From Abditibacteriaceae bacterium (GTDB taxonomy: Bacteria; Armatimonadota; Abditibacteriia; Abditibacteriales; Abditibacteriaceae), in assembly GCA_031372065.1 (NCBI GenBank), contig JANMKN010000090.1, positions 1 through 16,948 on the forward strand: a stretch of 16,948 nt of DNA, given 5' to 3'. Position numbers and translations under genes: made by a program. Under the pieces are notes generated by a model. The model searched no databases, was not told the DNA's origin, and saw only the letters and a program-made list of their open reading frames with translations. Positions 15,903 to 16,948 of this stretch are shown here, piece after piece. How positions within the stretch are numbered: position 1 is the first letter of the stretch; each line of letters starts with the position of its first letter.

Positions 15903-16463
15903 ATGAACTGCCGTCATCTTAAAAATAATCTGGAAGCCTATGTGCGCAACGAACTGGATGCCCAAAGCGAAAAGCAAGTGGCGGCGCATTTGTCAATCTG
16001 CGAGAATTGCCGTTCGCTGCACGATGCCATTTTCGTGATTCACATCGCGCTCAAGGATATGCCAAAGCAGCACGCACGAGGCGACTTTAACGAACGCGCT
16101 TTAAATAAATTGGCGCATTTGCAAGCCGCGCAAAACACTGTGCAACGCGTAGATCAAGTCGCCCACGCGCGTCTTTCGCCTTGGAAACGCTGCGTTTTGT
16201 GGCTTGACAGCTTGGTGCCTCGCGGCTTGTTCCGTCACGGTTCGCCCGTGATGGTCGGCGCGGCCTTGGGATTAATTCTCGCGTTGGCGATTATCCTCAC
16301 ACCGCGCGGCCAACGCACTATCAACACCATTCGACAAGCGGGCGAAGTGTCATGGTGGAAGCAATTGTCATCGAACAATTGGCTGCAAGGCGAGCCACAA
16401 GCGACGCCTTTTGCGACGCCGCTATCGAATGCCACGCCGCGCACGCGCCACGCCGACGATTAA
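15903..16463 (+). CDS. Zinc-finger (zf-HC2/ZAS) anti-sigma factor, membrane anchored
   Basis: MNC...HLSICENC (Cx..HxxxCxxC), one TM helix (VMVGAALGLILALAIIL), immediately downstream of the ECF sigma. Confidence 0.88.
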   Translation: MNCRHLKNNLEAYVRNELDAQSEKQVAAHLSICENCRSLHDAIFVIHIALKDMPKQHARGDFNERALNKLAHLQAAQNTVQRVDQVAHARLSPWKRCVLWLDSLVPRGLFRHGSPVMVGAALGLILALAIILTPRGQRTINTIRQAGEVSWWKQLSSNNWLQGEPQATPFATPLSNATPRTRHADD

Positions 16464-16482
16464 TCTAATTCGTTTGCCTGCC

Positions 16483-16505
16483 CCGGTTCCTTTGGACGGA
16501 GCCGG
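16483..16505 (+). terminator. Hairpin after the anti-sigma gene, possible weak terminator
   Basis: CCGGTTCC-tttggac-GGAGCCGG 20 nt after the stop; poor U tract. Confidence 0.35.
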
Positions 16506-16567
16506 AAATTCGCTTTCTCTGCCGGAGTTATTCCAATATCTGGCCTGCGTTGTCAATGCGCCAAAGA

Positions 16568-16714
16568 GATATTCAAAACATCACGTCGGATATTTGATAA
16601 ATCTCGCGTGATGTTTGATGAATACCGCGCGATATTTTGAATATCACGCGCGATATTTGATGAATCACGCGCGATATTTGATGAATCACGCGTGATATTT
16701 TGAATCGCTGGTCT
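16568..16714. repeat. 21-bp tandem array, 7 units, consensus GATATTTGATGAATCACGCGC
   Basis: GAT(A/G)TT at 16568, 16589, 16610, 16631, 16652, 16673, 16694. Internal dyads ATCACGCGTGAT and GATATT-ttg-AATATC. Confidence 0.95.
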
Positions 16715-16865
16715 GACGTAGCAGAGAGGGAGTCGTCGTGGACATCATTTATTGTAGTTTCAAAATCTGTATTCGCTGTAAAACCAAGCGGCGCGCTGAA
16801 TTATTTACTCATGTTACGCAATGCGCTTCTGGTAGGCACTGGAAAGAGCGACTGCGTCGCTCAAT

Positions 16866-16898
16866 CCCCTCACCCGGCCTCTCCCCCGTGGGGAGAGG
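16866..16898 (+). repeat. REP-like palindromic element, copy 2
   Basis: CCCCTCACCC-gg-CCTCTCCCC-cgt-GGGGAGAGG; same architecture as 5207-5250. Confidence 0.8.
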
Positions 16899-16948
16899 AG
16901 AAATCAACTATTACGCTTTTTCTCTACTCAAACGGGCAAGAGCTTTTG

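Noticed and set aside
16909..16948. Possible 3' end of a minus-strand gene (..KALARLSREKA**)
   Set aside because: Too little sequence at the window edge to support a call.

Overview
Bacterial chromosomal window, moderately GC-rich. Gene content and repeat style suggest an Armatimonadota/Abditibacteriota-like organism, but that is only a guess. Genes in order: 3' part of trpS; recN; a single integron-type gene cassette (attI-like/core site, 80-aa ORF, 84-bp attC) with no integrase in the window; a minus-strand block (sugar-phosphate isomerase, small membrane protein, DUF1854-like protein, ABC exporter with an N-terminal Cys4 motif) preceded by an unannotated 37-aa ORF with its own promoter, RBS and terminator; a HipA-like kinase/DUF3037 pair; dinB-family; secreted SMP-30/gluconolactonase; a PhyH-like Fe/2OG enzyme with an HxG (halogenase-type) motif; speB coupled to a type II R-M pair (beta-class MTase fused to a degenerate thermonuclease-like domain, plus an MjaI-family endonuclease); and an ECF sigma/zinc-finger anti-sigma pair. 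The intergenic DNA is unusually structured. It holds three sequence-unrelated tandem arrays with periods of 21 or 42 bp and internal dyad symmetry (one is a mirror-image 6+6 array), a 16-bp motif shared by the flanks of two arrays, two REP-like CCCTCTCCC/GGGAGAGGG hairpins and a 32-bp perfect inverted repeat.
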